Below are positions 1 through 10,697 of a stretch of DNA of 64,000 nt, in pieces. This stretch comes from Nitrosopumilus sp. (lineage in GTDB: Archaea; Thermoproteota; Nitrososphaeria; Nitrososphaerales; Nitrosopumilaceae). The number at the start of each line of letters is the position of its first letter. The stretch's first letter is position 1. Position numbers and translations under genes: made by a program. The notes under the pieces were generated by a model. That model ran no database searches. It was given only the letters and a program-made list of their open reading frames with translations, and was not told the origin of the DNA. The DNA lies in contig OZ241981.1 of the NCBI GenBank assembly GCA_965204345.1, positions 1,216,001 through 1,280,000 of the forward strand. Reading direction: 5' to 3'.

Positions 1-248
1 TTCAAGGGTTCTCAAAAATATCTAATAGATTTGATGGAATTGTCACTGATTTGCCATATGGCATAGCATCAAAGACATCAGAAAAACCACAAGAAATTCT
101 AAAGAAATTTTTTTCTAGGCTGCCTAAAAGAAAAAAGGTGGCAATAATGTATAAAAAAGAATTGGGTTTTAACTCAAATCTAGACGGATTAAAAAAATAT
201 CACATCTATAGGCATAAAAGCTTGACAAGAACAATTCTGATTAAATGA
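1..248 (+). CDS. 3' part of an amino-type RNA methyltransferase (Trm11/TrmG10-like), truncated by window start
   Basis: Frame open from position 3 reads ...[12 protein letters not shown]... (DPPY-like motif IV); C-terminal HKSLTR typical of Trm11-like enzymes. Confidence 0.7.
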   Translation, partial: QGFSKISNRFDGIVTDLPYGIASKTSEKPQEILKKFFSRLPKRKKVAIMYKKELGFNSNLDGLKKYHIYRHKSLTRTILIK

Positions 249-1144
249 AACTCATATTTTTGGGTACATCAGCTGCCCACCCTACTGAAAACAGAGGATT
301 GTCATGTATTTGCCTAGAAAGGGATGGTGAAATTTTGATGTTTGATGCCGGTGAAGCAGCTCAGATATCTTTTATGAAATCGGGTCTGGGTTGGAATAAA
401 AAAATGAAGTTATTTGTAACTCACATGCATGGTGATCATTGTGTGGGAATTTTGGGACTGTTACAAACAATGTCTATGCAAAATAGAACCGAATCATTAG
501 AAATCTTTGGGCCAAATGGAATTGAAGAGTTTATTGCTGCAAATATTAAAATATTAAATTTTGGATTGTCATTTCCAATTTTGATTACGACCATCAAGGA
601 AGGAAAGATGTTTGAAGATGAAAGGTTTTCAATACATGTTTGTAAAGCAGATCATTCCATTGCAGCATTTTCATATTTGTTTAAAGAAAAAGACAAGCCC
701 GGGAGATTTAATCTTGAAAAGGCAAGACAATTAAGCGTTCCTGAAGGAAAATTATGGAGTGATTTACAAAAGGGTCATGAAATAAGAATTGATGAAAAAA
801 TAATAAGACCTGAACAGGTATTAGGAGAAAAACGCCCAGGCAAAAAAATTGGCATTTCTGGCGATACAATGCCTACAGCAGAATTAGAAAAATTTTTTGA
901 GGGCTGTGATTATCTTGTATTTGATTCTACATTTTTAGATGAAGAAAAACAAAGGGCACAAGAAACAGGTCACTCAACTGCAAAGCAAGCTGCAACATTA
1001 GGTAAAAATGCCAAAGTTAAGAACTTAATTCTAACACATTTTTCAGCAAGATATAAGGATGAAATTGGGCATTTAAAAGAAGCGCAAGAAATTCATAATT
1101 CGGTAATCACTGCTAAAGATCTTTTAGAAGTAGAGATTAAATAA
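245..1144 (+). CDS. rnz: Ribonuclease Z
   Basis: FLGT N-terminus, DAGE, THMHGDH metallo-beta-lactamase motif, [16 protein letters not shown]. Confidence 0.95.
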   Translation: MKLIFLGTSAAHPTENRGLSCICLERDGEILMFDAGEAAQISFMKSGLGWNKKMKLFVTHMHGDHCVGILGLLQTMSMQNRTESLEIFGPNGIEEFIAANIKILNFGLSFPILITTIKEGKMFEDERFSIHVCKADHSIAAFSYLFKEKDKPGRFNLEKARQLSVPEGKLWSDLQKGHEIRIDEKIIRPEQVLGEKRPGKKIGISGDTMPTAELEKFFEGCDYLVFDSTFLDEEKQRAQETGHSTAKQAATLGKNAKVKNLILTHFSARYKDEIGHLKEAQEIHNSVITAKDLLEVEIK

Positions 1145-1145
1145 A

Positions 1146-1874
1146 ATGTTTGAAGCAATTAAAGGACAGATTGAGAAATTTAAGAAGATAGTTTTTGTAA
1201 CAGGAGCTGGAATTTCGCAAGAAAGTGGAATTCCTACATTTAGAGGAAAAGATGGATTATGGAAAAATTATGATGTAATGAAATTGGCTACAATTGATGC
1301 ATTTTATCATGATCCAAAATTGGTTTGGGAATGGTATAACGAAAGAAGAATGAATATTTTTCAGGCACAGCCAAATTTAGGGCACAAGGCGATTGCTGAA
1401 CTTGAAAAATATGCAGATGTCGTTGTTTTAACACAAAATATTGACGGATTGCATCAAAAATCAGGTAGTTCAAGGGTATTGGAACTACATGGAAGTATTG
1501 TAAAGATCAAATGTTCGATTTGTGATTATAAAGAAGAAATTTTGAGAAACATTTCTGATTTGCCGCCTGTTTGTAAATGTGGTAATTTACTTAGACCAGA
1601 TGTCGTATGGTTTGGAGAATCATTGCCACAAAATGTGTGGAAAAATGCCATTAACTTTGCAAATAATTGTGATCTAATGATTATTGCAGGTACATCACTT
1701 GCCGTGTCTCCGGCAAATACACTGCCACTTTATGCAAAACAGAACAATGATGCTATATTAGTAGAAATTAATCCAGAAAATACAGACATGACAGGAGAAA
1801 TGGATGTGACAGTTAGAAATACAAGTGCAGAGTCAATACCAAAATTAGTTTCGCTATTTAAAAATAAATTATAA
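1146..1874 (+). CDS. cobB: NAD-dependent protein deacylase (Sir2 family)
   Basis: TGAGISQESGIPTFRG, TQNIDGLH, LHG, Cys pairs, RPDVVWFGE, GTSL. Confidence 0.95.
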   Translation: MFEAIKGQIEKFKKIVFVTGAGISQESGIPTFRGKDGLWKNYDVMKLATIDAFYHDPKLVWEWYNERRMNIFQAQPNLGHKAIAELEKYADVVVLTQNIDGLHQKSGSSRVLELHGSIVKIKCSICDYKEEILRNISDLPPVCKCGNLLRPDVVWFGESLPQNVWKNAINFANNCDLMIIAGTSLAVSPANTLPLYAKQNNDAILVEINPENTDMTGEMDVTVRNTSAESIPKLVSLFKNKL

Positions 1875-2561
1875 TTGAGAAAATATTCCATAAATTTTTG
1901 TGCCAGAGGAACCGCCTGGATTATAAACTGACGATGTCACAGTTCCATATTCTTCATGCTCAACAATCATGTCTATATAATATGGAACATCAGATACGTA
2001 ATTTACACTTGTATCAAACATTGATGAATAGAATGTTCCAGAAAAAAGCTCCGTATCTACGGTTCTAATTACTACATCAACACTTATTGTTTTGCCACTT
2101 GTATCAACATACTGAAGAAGAATACTATTATCAGATTGTTGTTTGGTTGACAAGGATAAGGTTTCAAAAAGTATTGGAATAGACTTGTGAGTAGAAACAT
2201 TGTTTGTTGATTCTGTGCTAGTTGATGATGAACCATCAGATTTTGAATTTGAACCGCCAGTGAATATATTTTGAATTGATTCTATAGTATCAAAATTTGA
2301 AATTTTATCTGTTACTTTGTCTCCGGTTTGACTAATTTCTTCTGATATTGATTCGGGTGTCTTATCTACAATTTTATCAATTGATGAATCAATTCTTTGC
2401 TCTACAGAATCTGAAGCTTTGGAGCCAAAGTTTGATGCATCATCTTTTAAAGAATCAAAAACTGTAGCAGATGTTGATGGAAAGAAGGTACTAATTTCGT
2501 TTGAAAATATCATCCCGCCTAAAATTACAATACCTGCAATTATGGCTAGTTTGATGAGCAT
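1869..2561 (-). CDS. Hypothetical membrane-anchored/secreted protein
   Basis: 230-aa ORF, N-terminal hydrophobic helix, Ser/Thr-rich linker. Confidence 0.7.
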   Translation of the reverse strand: MLIKLAIIAGIVILGGMIFSNEISTFFPSTSATVFDSLKDDASNFGSKASDSVEQRIDSSIDKIVDKTPESISEEISQTGDKVTDKISNFDTIESIQNIFTGGSNSKSDGSSSTSTESTNNVSTHKSIPILFETLSLSTKQQSDNSILLQYVDTSGKTISVDVVIRTVDTELFSGTFYSSMFDTSVNYVSDVPYYIDMIVEHEEYGTVTSSVYNPGGSSGTKIYGIFSQL

Positions 2562-2645
2562 TAATGCTGATCTAAAAAAATGAATTTTAGATTCAAACTA
2601 AAAAAAATGGTCAAAAATGAGTGAATTTTGTTAGCTAATTCCCTG

Positions 2646-3053
2646 CTAATTTGCAAAAGCTAGCCAATCAATAACTCCATCAATGTTTGATGAAGTCAAA
2701 GTGACCTTGATAGGTCCTAATGGAGATTCATCTGCTTCATCACAGATTGCAATTTTTTCAACAAAAGCAGCTTGCTTGTTTAAAAGAAACCAAGTTCTGT
2801 CATCCTCTAGATTATTTTCCAAATTTCGCGTATAGCTTTTTTGAGATTGTGTTGAGATAATTGCTTCATAAATTTTCTCTAAAGATCTTAATTCATTTGA
2901 TTCGGCCTTTATTGAAAAATTTTCATTTGTGATACAGGAGAATGGAAATATGTTTGAAATGGCTTCTTTAATTTTTTCAGGATGTTCAGATAAATTTATT
3001 GGGCAAACCATTTGTATTTTACAGTTAATATTTGGAATTTTCACTCTAACCAA
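2646..3053 (-). CDS. UPF0201 RNA-binding domain protein
   Basis: SEHPEKIKEAISNIFP and LNKQAAF...SPLGPI motifs; adjacent to UPF0200 kinase as usual in archaea. Confidence 0.8.
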   Translation of the reverse strand: MVRVKIPNINCKIQMVCPINLSEHPEKIKEAISNIFPFSCITNENFSIKAESNELRSLEKIYEAIISTQSQKSYTRNLENNLEDDRTWFLLNKQAAFVEKIAICDEADESPLGPIKVTLTSSNIDGVIDWLAFAN

Positions 3054-3592
3054 CCTTGAATAATTTGAAAAGCTTGATCAACTAATTCGTCTTTTGTCAG
3101 ACCTATATTTGAAATTGCATAATCAGATAGGGCAATTGAATTGCTAATGCCAACTCCCAATTCACGGTTATCTCTTTCTTCAAAATGTTCTTTTGTTTGA
3201 GGATCATCTGTCCTTCCTCTTTTTTGTAAAAAATCAAATCTAGTGTCAGTTGATGCATGAACTGCTAGTAATTTTACAGTGCCAAATTTTTTTAATACTT
3301 GAATTTCGTCATTGGATCTTATTCCATCTATTAAAATTACATTTGATGTTGAAGATTCGATTTGTGGTTTAACTAGTTCTGCAACTGCTCCAAGACCATT
3401 TTTCTCTCTAAGTTCTAGCATTAGTTTTCCAAGATTCTCTCGTGTTGGTTCCAGATTTCTTTTTTTTGCCTCTTCTCGTACTGCGTTGCCCATATTGATA
3501 ATTTCATATCCCTTGGGTTTCAGGCCATCAGCAATTGTGGATTTGCCTGCGCCAGGCATTCCTGTTAAGCATACAATTAGTTTAACCAACAT
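3041..3592 (-). CDS. P-loop nucleotide kinase (UPF0200, dephospho-CoA/adenylate kinase-like)
   Basis: GMPGAGKST Walker A, IDGIRS, RGRTDD. Confidence 0.8.
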   Translation of the reverse strand: MLVKLIVCLTGMPGAGKSTIADGLKPKGYEIINMGNAVREEAKKRNLEPTRENLGKLMLELREKNGLGAVAELVKPQIESSTSNVILIDGIRSNDEIQVLKKFGTVKLLAVHASTDTRFDFLQKRGRTDDPQTKEHFEERDNRELGVGISNSIALSDYAISNIGLTKDELVDQAFQIIQGWLE

Positions 3593-3658
3593 ATATCAAA
3601 AAAAAGGCTTGTCTATGAAGTTACCGGAAATAATTATAAACATAGTTCAAAAAATCTT

Positions 3659-4204
3659 ATGATGCGAGTTTTCATTGCAGTTGAAATCACAAATGAGGCA
3701 GTGATTAATTCAATTAGAAAATTTCAAGATAAATTGGAAATTGAAGCAAAGGCCATTGAACCACAAAATTTCCATTTTACATTACAATTTTTAGGAGAAA
3801 TTTCACAGGATATCTTGCTAAAAATCACAAAAACCCTGGAAAAAATAGAATTTTCAGGTTTTGACATAGTTCTCAAGGGAATAGGGGTTTTTCCCAAGCC
3901 TAGTTTTCCTAGAGTGATTTGGGTAGGTGCAGATGAAAAAGGAGGGGATTTACTAATTCAATTATCCAAAAAAGTAGGAAAGGCGCTAGAACCATTAGGA
4001 TTCCTTCAAGACAAGCCCTTCAAGCCTCATATCACAGTATTTAGAATTAAAAAGAAGATTGGAGATGTATCAAGAGAATTGGAAAATAAGAAAATGATAA
4101 ATTTTGGAATACAAAAGGTTTCAAACATTAAATTGAAAAAAAGTGAACTTACTTCAAGCGGGCCAATCTATTCAAATTTGATGGAGGTAAAGGCAAAAAA
4201 ATGA
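3659..4204 (+). CDS. thpR: RNA 2',3'-cyclic phosphodiesterase (2H family)
   Basis: MRVFIAV start; two HxT motifs (HFTLQFLG, PHITV); GPIY C-terminus. Confidence 0.92.
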   Translation: MMRVFIAVEITNEAVINSIRKFQDKLEIEAKAIEPQNFHFTLQFLGEISQDILLKITKTLEKIEFSGFDIVLKGIGVFPKPSFPRVIWVGADEKGGDLLIQLSKKVGKALEPLGFLQDKPFKPHITVFRIKKKIGDVSRELENKKMINFGIQKVSNIKLKKSELTSSGPIYSNLMEVKAKK

Positions 4205-5529
4205 AACAAGTAATTTCTAAAATTTCTAAAACCGTAATTCCCTCAAAAATAATTGCAAAGTCAAAAAAGGATATTGGAGAAATGGCTTTTGGCTTAGTTG
4301 AAAAAGAAACTGAAAAATATCCAGAAGTGGTTGGATTAGAATTTGGGGGATCCTTTGCCAAGGATACTTGGCTAACTAAGGATGCAGACGTTGATATTTT
4401 TGTCAAATTTAAAAAAAATGTATCAGAGGAAAAATTTGAGGAAATTTCTAAAAAAATTGGATTTGATTCATTGAAAAAATATTCTCCATACATCAGACAT
4501 TCTCAGCATCCATATGTTGAGGCTGAAATTAAGAACACCAGGATCAATGTTGTTCCATGTTATGACGTGAAGATAGGGGAATGGAAAAGTGCAGCCGATA
4601 GATCCCCATTTCATACTGAATTTATGAAAAAATCATTAACGCCAAAAATGAGAGATGAGGTGCGAGTTCTAAAGACATTTTTAAAATCAAATGGGATTTA
4701 TGGTGCAGAAATTGCAAAACAGGGATTTAGCGGATATATTTCCGAAGTTTTGATTTTAGAGCTTGGAAGTTTTGAAAATCTTATAAAAACAATTTCAAAA
4801 ATTAAGGAAAATCAGATTATTGGAAAAACGACTAAAAAGTTTGATACATCCATTGTAGTAATTGATCCAATTGACAGTAATAGAAATTTAGCTGCTGCTA
4901 TTTCTGATGAAAATATTGGAAAATTTATTCTTATTTCAAGAGCATTTAAGAAAAAGCCGGGTTTTGAGTTCTTTAAGACTAAGAAATCAAGAATATCAAA
5001 CAGGTTTTGGAATAATTTATTGATTGTTAAATTTAATTTCAAAGCTAGGAGTCCAGATATTATTTGGGGGCAGATCAAAAGAGCAACTTCAACATTGTCC
5101 ATACAGTTAGAATTGGGAGGATTTACTGTATTGAGAAGCAAATCTTACACAGATCAACAAAATAAAGCCTGTCTTTTGTTCTTTTTAGAATCAACAAAGA
5201 TTAGTAAAATCTATTCTAAAGAAGGGCCCGAATTCTTCAGAGAAGACAGTGCTCATAGTTTCATTGATAAAAATCTCAAAGATGCAGGACTGGTCTGGTT
5301 TGGAAATGACAGAAGAATAATTTCTTTAGAAAAAAGAAATCATGTGGATGCAGCACGTTTTATGAAGGAATTTCTGAAGGAAGATCTTCTAGGCATACCA
5401 AAAGGTCTGCGGCCGGATTTTAAGCGAGGTTTCAAGGTGTCCATAGGAAACAAAAATCTTAGTAAATCAATTAAAGAGGAAGCAGCTGAATTGATTTCAG
5501 TAGATGGCACATTCCTTCATTTCAATTAA
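4201..5529 (+). CDS. cca: Archaeal class I CCA-adding enzyme
   Basis: GSFAKDTWL..DVDIF nucleotidyltransferase motif, HPYV, DRSPFH, GFSGY, DPIDSNRN. Confidence 0.95.
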   Translation: MKQVISKISKTVIPSKIIAKSKKDIGEMAFGLVEKETEKYPEVVGLEFGGSFAKDTWLTKDADVDIFVKFKKNVSEEKFEEISKKIGFDSLKKYSPYIRHSQHPYVEAEIKNTRINVVPCYDVKIGEWKSAADRSPFHTEFMKKSLTPKMRDEVRVLKTFLKSNGIYGAEIAKQGFSGYISEVLILELGSFENLIKTISKIKENQIIGKTTKKFDTSIVVIDPIDSNRNLAAAISDENIGKFILISRAFKKKPGFEFFKTKKSRISNRFWNNLLIVKFNFKARSPDIIWGQIKRATSTLSIQLELGGFTVLRSKSYTDQQNKACLLFFLESTKISKIYSKEGPEFFREDSAHSFIDKNLKDAGLVWFGNDRRIISLEKRNHVDAARFMKEFLKEDLLGIPKGLRPDFKRGFKVSIGNKNLSKSIKEEAAELISVDGTFLHFN

Positions 5530-6265
5530 GAGATTCTCAGAAGAGCCATATTCAAACATTCTCGGATATCCAAATGCAACTAAGCGTCAACTAAAATCAA
5601 GAATTAATGAATTAGAAAAATTGAAGATAAAGGCAATTTCTTTAACAGGCCCTACTACACTTGGAAATTTGGCAATATTAGGAAAAGGGTATGTTGGGGT
5701 TGTGGTAATTGCCAAAAAAGGCAACAAAGAGACCGCTCTAAAAATTAGAAGAACTGATTCTCAAAGAAAAGACATGAGAAACGAGGCGGCGTTATTAAAA
5801 TTAGTTAATTCAGTTAAAGTTGGTCCAAAAATGATTGACGTAAGTAAGAATTTTTTAGTTATGGAATATCTTGAAGGTGAAAAATTCGGGGATTGGATTG
5901 AACTATTGAAAGGAAGTGGAAGTGCAAAAAAATTAAAATCTACAATAAAAAGTGTGTTAGAAGACTGTTATAGATTAGATCAGATTGGATTTGATCATGG
6001 CGAATTAAGTAACATTTCAAAACACGTTATTGTAGGTAAAACAAAATCTTCACTAATAGATTTTGAAAGTTCTAGCACGAAGAGAAGACCCTCAAATGTT
6101 ACATCAATTACCCAGGCATTTTTTATCGGATCCGGGATCTCAAAAAAAGCCCAGAAAATTTACAAAAATTCCTCCAAAGAGAAAATTATTGGGGCATTGA
6201 AATTATACAAGCAAAAAAAATCAAGAGAAAATTTTGAAAAATTGCTCAAAATTTTGAAATTATAA
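5504..6265 (+). CDS. RIO/Bud32-like Ser/Thr kinase
   Basis: LGKGYVGVV, ALKIRR, MEYLEG, HGELS, IDFES. Confidence 0.85.
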   Translation: MAHSFISIKRFSEEPYSNILGYPNATKRQLKSRINELEKLKIKAISLTGPTTLGNLAILGKGYVGVVVIAKKGNKETALKIRRTDSQRKDMRNEAALLKLVNSVKVGPKMIDVSKNFLVMEYLEGEKFGDWIELLKGSGSAKKLKSTIKSVLEDCYRLDQIGFDHGELSNISKHVIVGKTKSSLIDFESSSTKRRPSNVTSITQAFFIGSGISKKAQKIYKNSSKEKIIGALKLYKQKKSRENFEKLLKILKL

Positions 6266-6339
6266 TGGGAACGGCAGGAATTGAACCTGCGACCACTAGT
6301 CCCCCAGACTAGTATCATACCAAGCTAGACTACGTTCCC
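6266..6339 (-). tRNA. tRNA-Pro (GGG), intronless, CCA not encoded
   Basis: Reverse complement GGGAACG...CGTTCCC-A acceptor stem; CTAGT-CTGGGGG-ACTAG anticodon arm; GCAGG-TTCAATT-CCTGC T arm. Confidence 0.96.
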
Positions 6340-6394
6340 TTGCTTCAGAGACATAAAATGAAATTATTAAATCGTCCTATTCATGACATAATTT

Positions 6395-6604
6395 ATGAAA
6401 CTTTGCAATATTTGTCATAGGATTTCTGCAACAGACCAAGATCATATTGATTGTGTTCAAAAGAGAAGTATAGAGTTAGAAGCTGAAGATTTTAAAAATA
6501 GCATTCCAGAAAAACTCAACCTTTCAAAAGACTCTCAAGAATTAGATGGGAAAATTAAGGCAATTTTAGAGCATCTTTCAAAAAGTAAAGATTTAGATAA
6601 ATAA
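6395..6604 (+). CDS. Small hypothetical protein with Cys/His motif
   Basis: 69 aa, CxxCH...HxxC. Confidence 0.65.
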   Translation: MKLCNICHRISATDQDHIDCVQKRSIELEAEDFKNSIPEKLNLSKDSQELDGKIKAILEHLSKSKDLDK

Positions 6605-6609
6605 TCATA

Positions 6610-7230
6610 ACCATTTTGATAGTCTCACTAAAAAAAATTGAATTTGAGGAAGAAAGATTATCCGTTGCTGGTATGGAGATTGGCTGAAGGCTTGTCGGTT
6701 CTAAGCATATCAACTTGAATTGTAGAACTGTCTCCAACTGCCAAGACATTTGCAAAAGATGTTTTACAATCTCATTGTAAGGCATGTTCATAACAGAATT
6801 GCCATTTTTTAGAACTAATACTCTAAAGTTTTTCATGAATTTCTGAAAGCTGATCGTCATCATAACGATTGCATTCATTTTCTTTTAATCCTGAAATTTT
6901 GTGGGGCTAAAACTGTGCCCATTAAAATTATTCGATAGGCAAATGAAATTGATTGTGGTTCTGTTTCTATATTCGTGTTTCCAGGATTAATTGGCGTGGT
7001 TTGATCTTTAATGAATTCAGTTTCTTTTTTTATAACTCATTTAATGATCCAATAGAATTTTCAAAGGTGTGAGTTCCATTAATGAATCCATAATTTGGCA
7101 GAACCTGCCATAAACCAGTCTTTTTTGCCAATTACAGCAATTGGCTTCATACGATGATAATGTACTTCTTATTCATCAGCAACTGATATGCTCAGTTCGT
7201 CTCCTAAAACTACAACTTGGCAATATCTGA
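6610..7230 (-). pseudogene. Decayed gene remnant
   Basis: Protein-like minus-strand stretches (VVVLGDELSISVADE*, NYGFINGTHTFENSIG, GLKENECNRYDDDQLSEIHEKL*) broken by stops and frameshifts. Confidence 0.5.
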
Positions 7231-7234
7231 GAAC

Positions 7235-7975
7235 TTAACGTTCTTGAGTTGTAGGTCGAATCAGGATCTCATTTACATTAACGTATGACGGCGAATCAAC
7301 GGCATACAAGATAGCATTTGCAATATCTTCGGCGCGTAAAGATTCCATCTTTTTTGCATTTTCAATGAATCCTTGAAGAGATTCATCAGTGATTGTGTCA
7401 TTAAGTTCTGTGTCAACAACTCCTGGTTCAATACTAGTCACTCTAATGTTAGAGCGAACACTGAATTCCTGTCTGAGGCCCTCACTAAATGCGGCGACTG
7501 CATGCTTTGTTGCACAATAAACACTGCCGGCAGGAAAAACTATTCTTCCAGCTACAGATGAGAGATTAACTATATGACCTGATTTTTTTTCTTTCATGTG
7601 AGAAATTACAGCACCTGTAGAATACAAAACGCCTTTGATATTCACATCTATCATTTTGTCCCATTCATCAACTTTGAGGTTTTTGAAGAAACTCAGAGGC
7701 ATCAAGCCGGCATTATTTACAAGAATATCAATGGAACCCCACTTTTCCAAGACTGCATTAGCAAAATTATCACATTGAGTCCTTTGCGTTACGTCTAATT
7801 TTTGATAAAAAACTTCCCCGCCATCTGCAGATATTTTTTTTGCAAGTTCCTCCAAACGGTCAGCTCTTCTAGCGCCAATAGCAACTTTTGCGCCTGCTTT
7901 TGATAAAGCCAAGGCAGTAGCAAATCCAATCCCACTGCTTGCTCCGGTAATTATAGCAACCTTATCCTTAATCAT
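7235..7975 (-). CDS. Short-chain dehydrogenase/reductase (YdfG-like)
   Basis: TGASSGIG, NNAG, YCATK. Confidence 0.92.
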   Translation of the reverse strand: MIKDKVAIITGASSGIGFATALALSKAGAKVAIGARRADRLEELAKKISADGGEVFYQKLDVTQRTQCDNFANAVLEKWGSIDILVNNAGLMPLSFFKNLKVDEWDKMIDVNIKGVLYSTGAVISHMKEKKSGHIVNLSSVAGRIVFPAGSVYCATKHAVAAFSEGLRQEFSVRSNIRVTSIEPGVVDTELNDTITDESLQGFIENAKKMESLRAEDIANAILYAVDSPSYVNVNEILIRPTTQER

Positions 7976-8084
7976 ATGATCCCCAAATCAGAGTAAAGTC
8001 AAACATCGTAAAAACGTTTAGTCGTTAATTTTTCTAAGAAGCAAATACTAGCACCTTTATTAAAAGAAAAATAATAATAGAAAT

Positions 8085-8306
8085 ATGAAATCAGAAAAAT
8101 GTTCATATTGTGGGGATTTGACTGACATGCCATTTCAATGCAATTATTGCAAGGATCCTTTTTGTGCAGAACATAGGCTTCCAGAAGAACACAGATGTGT
8201 AAAACTCAGTCAAATCAGAGCAAAAAGATTTGGTGCAAAAAAAGTAATTCGTGACGGTGGACGTAACAAGCCAAATATTTTAAAACGGATTTTTGGAAGA
8301 AGTTAA
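8085..8306 (+). CDS. AN1-type zinc finger protein
   Basis: CSYC...PFQCNYCKDPFCAEHRLPEEHRC. Confidence 0.9.
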   Translation: MKSEKCSYCGDLTDMPFQCNYCKDPFCAEHRLPEEHRCVKLSQIRAKRFGAKKVIRDGGRNKPNILKRIFGRS

Positions 8307-8308
8307 GA

Positions 8309-8593
8309 TCAATATGGGCTTTTTTCTGGAGAAATTTTTGCCCTTCTTCCTTGATAAATCAAGGCAATTGCAAGTGCAAACATAACCATAGCTGTAAACG
8401 GAAAGTTTCGAGGTGCAGGAAGAATAAACCAGTAGTAAACCCCAAACCCAATTGAAACAATAGCTTGCGTCCATAATTTTATCCATTTGGGTGCCTTTAC
8501 TAACCTGCTAACAACTTCTACCAGAAAAATTCCAATTACAGGATAAATTGTGTAAAAAAGAAAATCGATTACATCAACTCCTGTATGAGACAT
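8309..8593 (-). CDS. Small membrane protein
   Basis: 94 aa, three hydrophobic segments. Confidence 0.75.
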   Translation of the reverse strand: MSHTGVDVIDFLFYTIYPVIGIFLVEVVSRLVKAPKWIKLWTQAIVSIGFGVYYWFILPAPRNFPFTAMVMFALAIALIYQGRRAKISPEKSPY

Positions 8594-8624
8594 ATAATAT
8601 CATAGTAAGGGGTATAATTTCTAT

Positions 8625-9182
8625 CTAATCTTCTAAACGAACCTTGGTTGCAACATTTTTAGCAATTAAAGCCTGAGCGTTTTCATATGGAATTGTAGCT
8701 ATATCTTCAGCTTTAAAAGGGCCGTATTTTTCAAGATCAACTCCTACAATTTCATCTACCTGATTAAGAAACCTTACAACAATTTTCTTTGTTTTATGAT
8801 TTTGAGCTAAGGATTCCAAAAAGTTTGATTTCCCATTAATTATTGCCGAAAGGATCATATCTATTCTTTCCTTTTGATCTTCTTGAGAATCTAGAATGAA
8901 TTTTTCTTCATCCAAAAGATAACTGATGTCGATTTGATCTGATTCTGAAATTTTATCTAATCTGAGTTGTATTAGCAAGGATGTCAATTCTGTAACCATA
9001 TCGATCATGGTGTTTTTGATTTTATTTTCTACGCCGTCAAATTCTTGTTTTCGTAAATTCCCTATAAAACTAGAGAGATTTCTGTAAAAATTTGGATCAA
9101 TTTCCAATATTGAATCACTTTCAGTTTCACGTAAAACTATGTGATGTAAAGAGGCGATATCGATTTGATCTGATTCTGACAT
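8625..9182 (-). CDS. GINS family replication protein (Gins51-like)
   Basis: Helical A-domain (LEIDPNFY, RLDKI, LLDEEK) and C-terminal B-domain IVGVDLEKYGPFKAEDIATIPYENA. Confidence 0.85.
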   Translation of the reverse strand: MSESDQIDIASLHHIVLRETESDSILEIDPNFYRNLSSFIGNLRKQEFDGVENKIKNTMIDMVTELTSLLIQLRLDKISESDQIDISYLLDEEKFILDSQEDQKERIDMILSAIINGKSNFLESLAQNHKTKKIVVRFLNQVDEIVGVDLEKYGPFKAEDIATIPYENAQALIAKNVATKVRLED

Positions 9183-9236
9183 TTCTTACCTAATCCTTAA
9201 ATGGCTGATGTATTTGTGTTTGATTGAAGTATAAAA

Positions 9237-10697
9237 TTGCCCTATAAAGTCAGTCATGGTAAAGCAATCCAGGTAACATATTCACCAGACGAAGTTTTCT
9301 CTAGAATTCAACACGAAGGCATCCAATTTATCGATCTTCAATTTACAGGTCTTACAGGTCATTTTCACCATACTACGATTTCAGCAAATACGTTTACCCC
9401 AGAACAGATGAGAGATGGATTACCAAAATTAGATGGTTCATCAATCATAGGATTTACCAGTATTGATGATTCAGATTTACTGCTAAAACCTGATCCAAAT
9501 ACATTTGCAATTATTCCTTGGATGACTGAGAATAAGACGGCCAGACTACTATGTGACGTTTACTGGGGGGAAGACCGAGGCAGACTATCAAGAGATCCCA
9601 GAGGAATTTCTCAAAAAGCTGAAGAATACATCAAAACACAAGGTTATGATTTTAGTACATGGGGTCCAGAAGTAGAATTTTTTGTGTTTGATAAAGTACA
9701 CTGGGATGTTCTAACACCATATAAGGGACAGTCATATTCAATTGAATCAAAAGAAGCTCCATGGAATCAGTCAGGTGACGGATACCCTATGGGATTACAA
9801 GAAGGATACTATCCATCTACACCCGCAGATACTCTTACACCATACAGAAATGAATGTGTAAATATTCTCAATACAAATTTTGGAATTCTGTGTGATAACC
9901 ATCATCACGAGGTTGCCACAGCAGGACAATGTGAAATTGATATCAAATATGACTACATGACAAATGCTGCAGATGCTGCACAATCCTACAAGTATGTTAT
10001 TAGAAATGTTGCACAAAAATATGGCAAAGTTGCAACAATGATGCCAAAACCAATTGCGATGGATTCGGGGTCTGGCATGCATGTTAATGTTAGTTTATGG
10101 AAAGGAATAGAAAATGCATTTTATGACCCAGATGATGAGATTGAATTAAGCCAGCTTGGAAGATATTTTTGTGGCGGCATAGTCAACCATGCAAAAGCAC
10201 TTTCTGCAATTTGTAATCCAACTACTAATTCATACCACAGATTGGTTCCAGGATATGAAGCTCCTGCTTACATTGCTTGGAGTTCAGGAAATCGTTCTGC
10301 GATAGTAAGAGTTCCAAAACATCTCAAAGGTAAAAAATATTCAAATCTAAAAAGATTGGAATTTAGGGCGCCGGATCCCTCATCAAACCCATACCTTGTC
10401 TTTGCAGCAGTAGCAGCAGCGGGATTAGACGGAGTAAAGAAAAAGATGGATCCCGGAGATGAAGTTCGGGATGATATATTCAAAATGACAAAATCTGATA
10501 GAATGAAAAGAGGAATTGGAGTTCTTCCAAAAAGTCTGGGTGAAGCATTGGATGAACTAGAAAGTGATAGAAAATTCCTCAGTCCAATTTACACTAATGA
10601 TGTAGTAGACAAAATTATCGAGTTAGAAAGAAGAGATCAGCGGGAAATAGCAATCAGGCCGCATCCGCATGAGTTTTATCTGTACTTTGATGTTTAG
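9237..10697 (+). CDS. glnA: Glutamine synthetase type I
   Basis: DGSSI, GPEVEFF, HHEVA, MPKP, GSGMH, SYHRLVPGYEAP, NRSA, RLEFRAPD. Confidence 0.97.
   Translation: MPYKVSHGKAIQVTYSPDEVFSRIQHEGIQFIDLQFTGLTGHFHHTTISANTFTPEQMRDGLPKLDGSSIIGFTSIDDSDLLLKPDPNTFAIIPWMTENKTARLLCDVYWGEDRGRLSRDPRGISQKAEEYIKTQGYDFSTWGPEVEFFVFDKVHWDVLTPYKGQSYSIESKEAPWNQSGDGYPMGLQEGYYPSTPADTLTPYRNECVNILNTNFGILCDNHHHEVATAGQCEIDIKYDYMTNAADAAQSYKYVIRNVAQKYGKVATMMPKPIAMDSGSGMHVNVSLWKGIENAFYDPDDEIELSQLGRYFCGGIVNHAKALSAICNPTTNSYHRLVPGYEAPAYIAWSSGNRSAIVRVPKHLKGKKYSNLKRLEFRAPDPSSNPYLVFAAVAAAGLDGVKKKMDPGDEVRDDIFKMTKSDRMKRGIGVLPKSLGEALDELESDRKFLSPIYTNDVVDKIIELERRDQREIAIRPHPHEFYLYFDV

Noticed and set aside
245-6339. RNase Z/thpR/cca/kinase/tRNA clustering as a novel system
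   Set aside because: thpR-cca linkage is a familiar archaeal housekeeping neighbourhood
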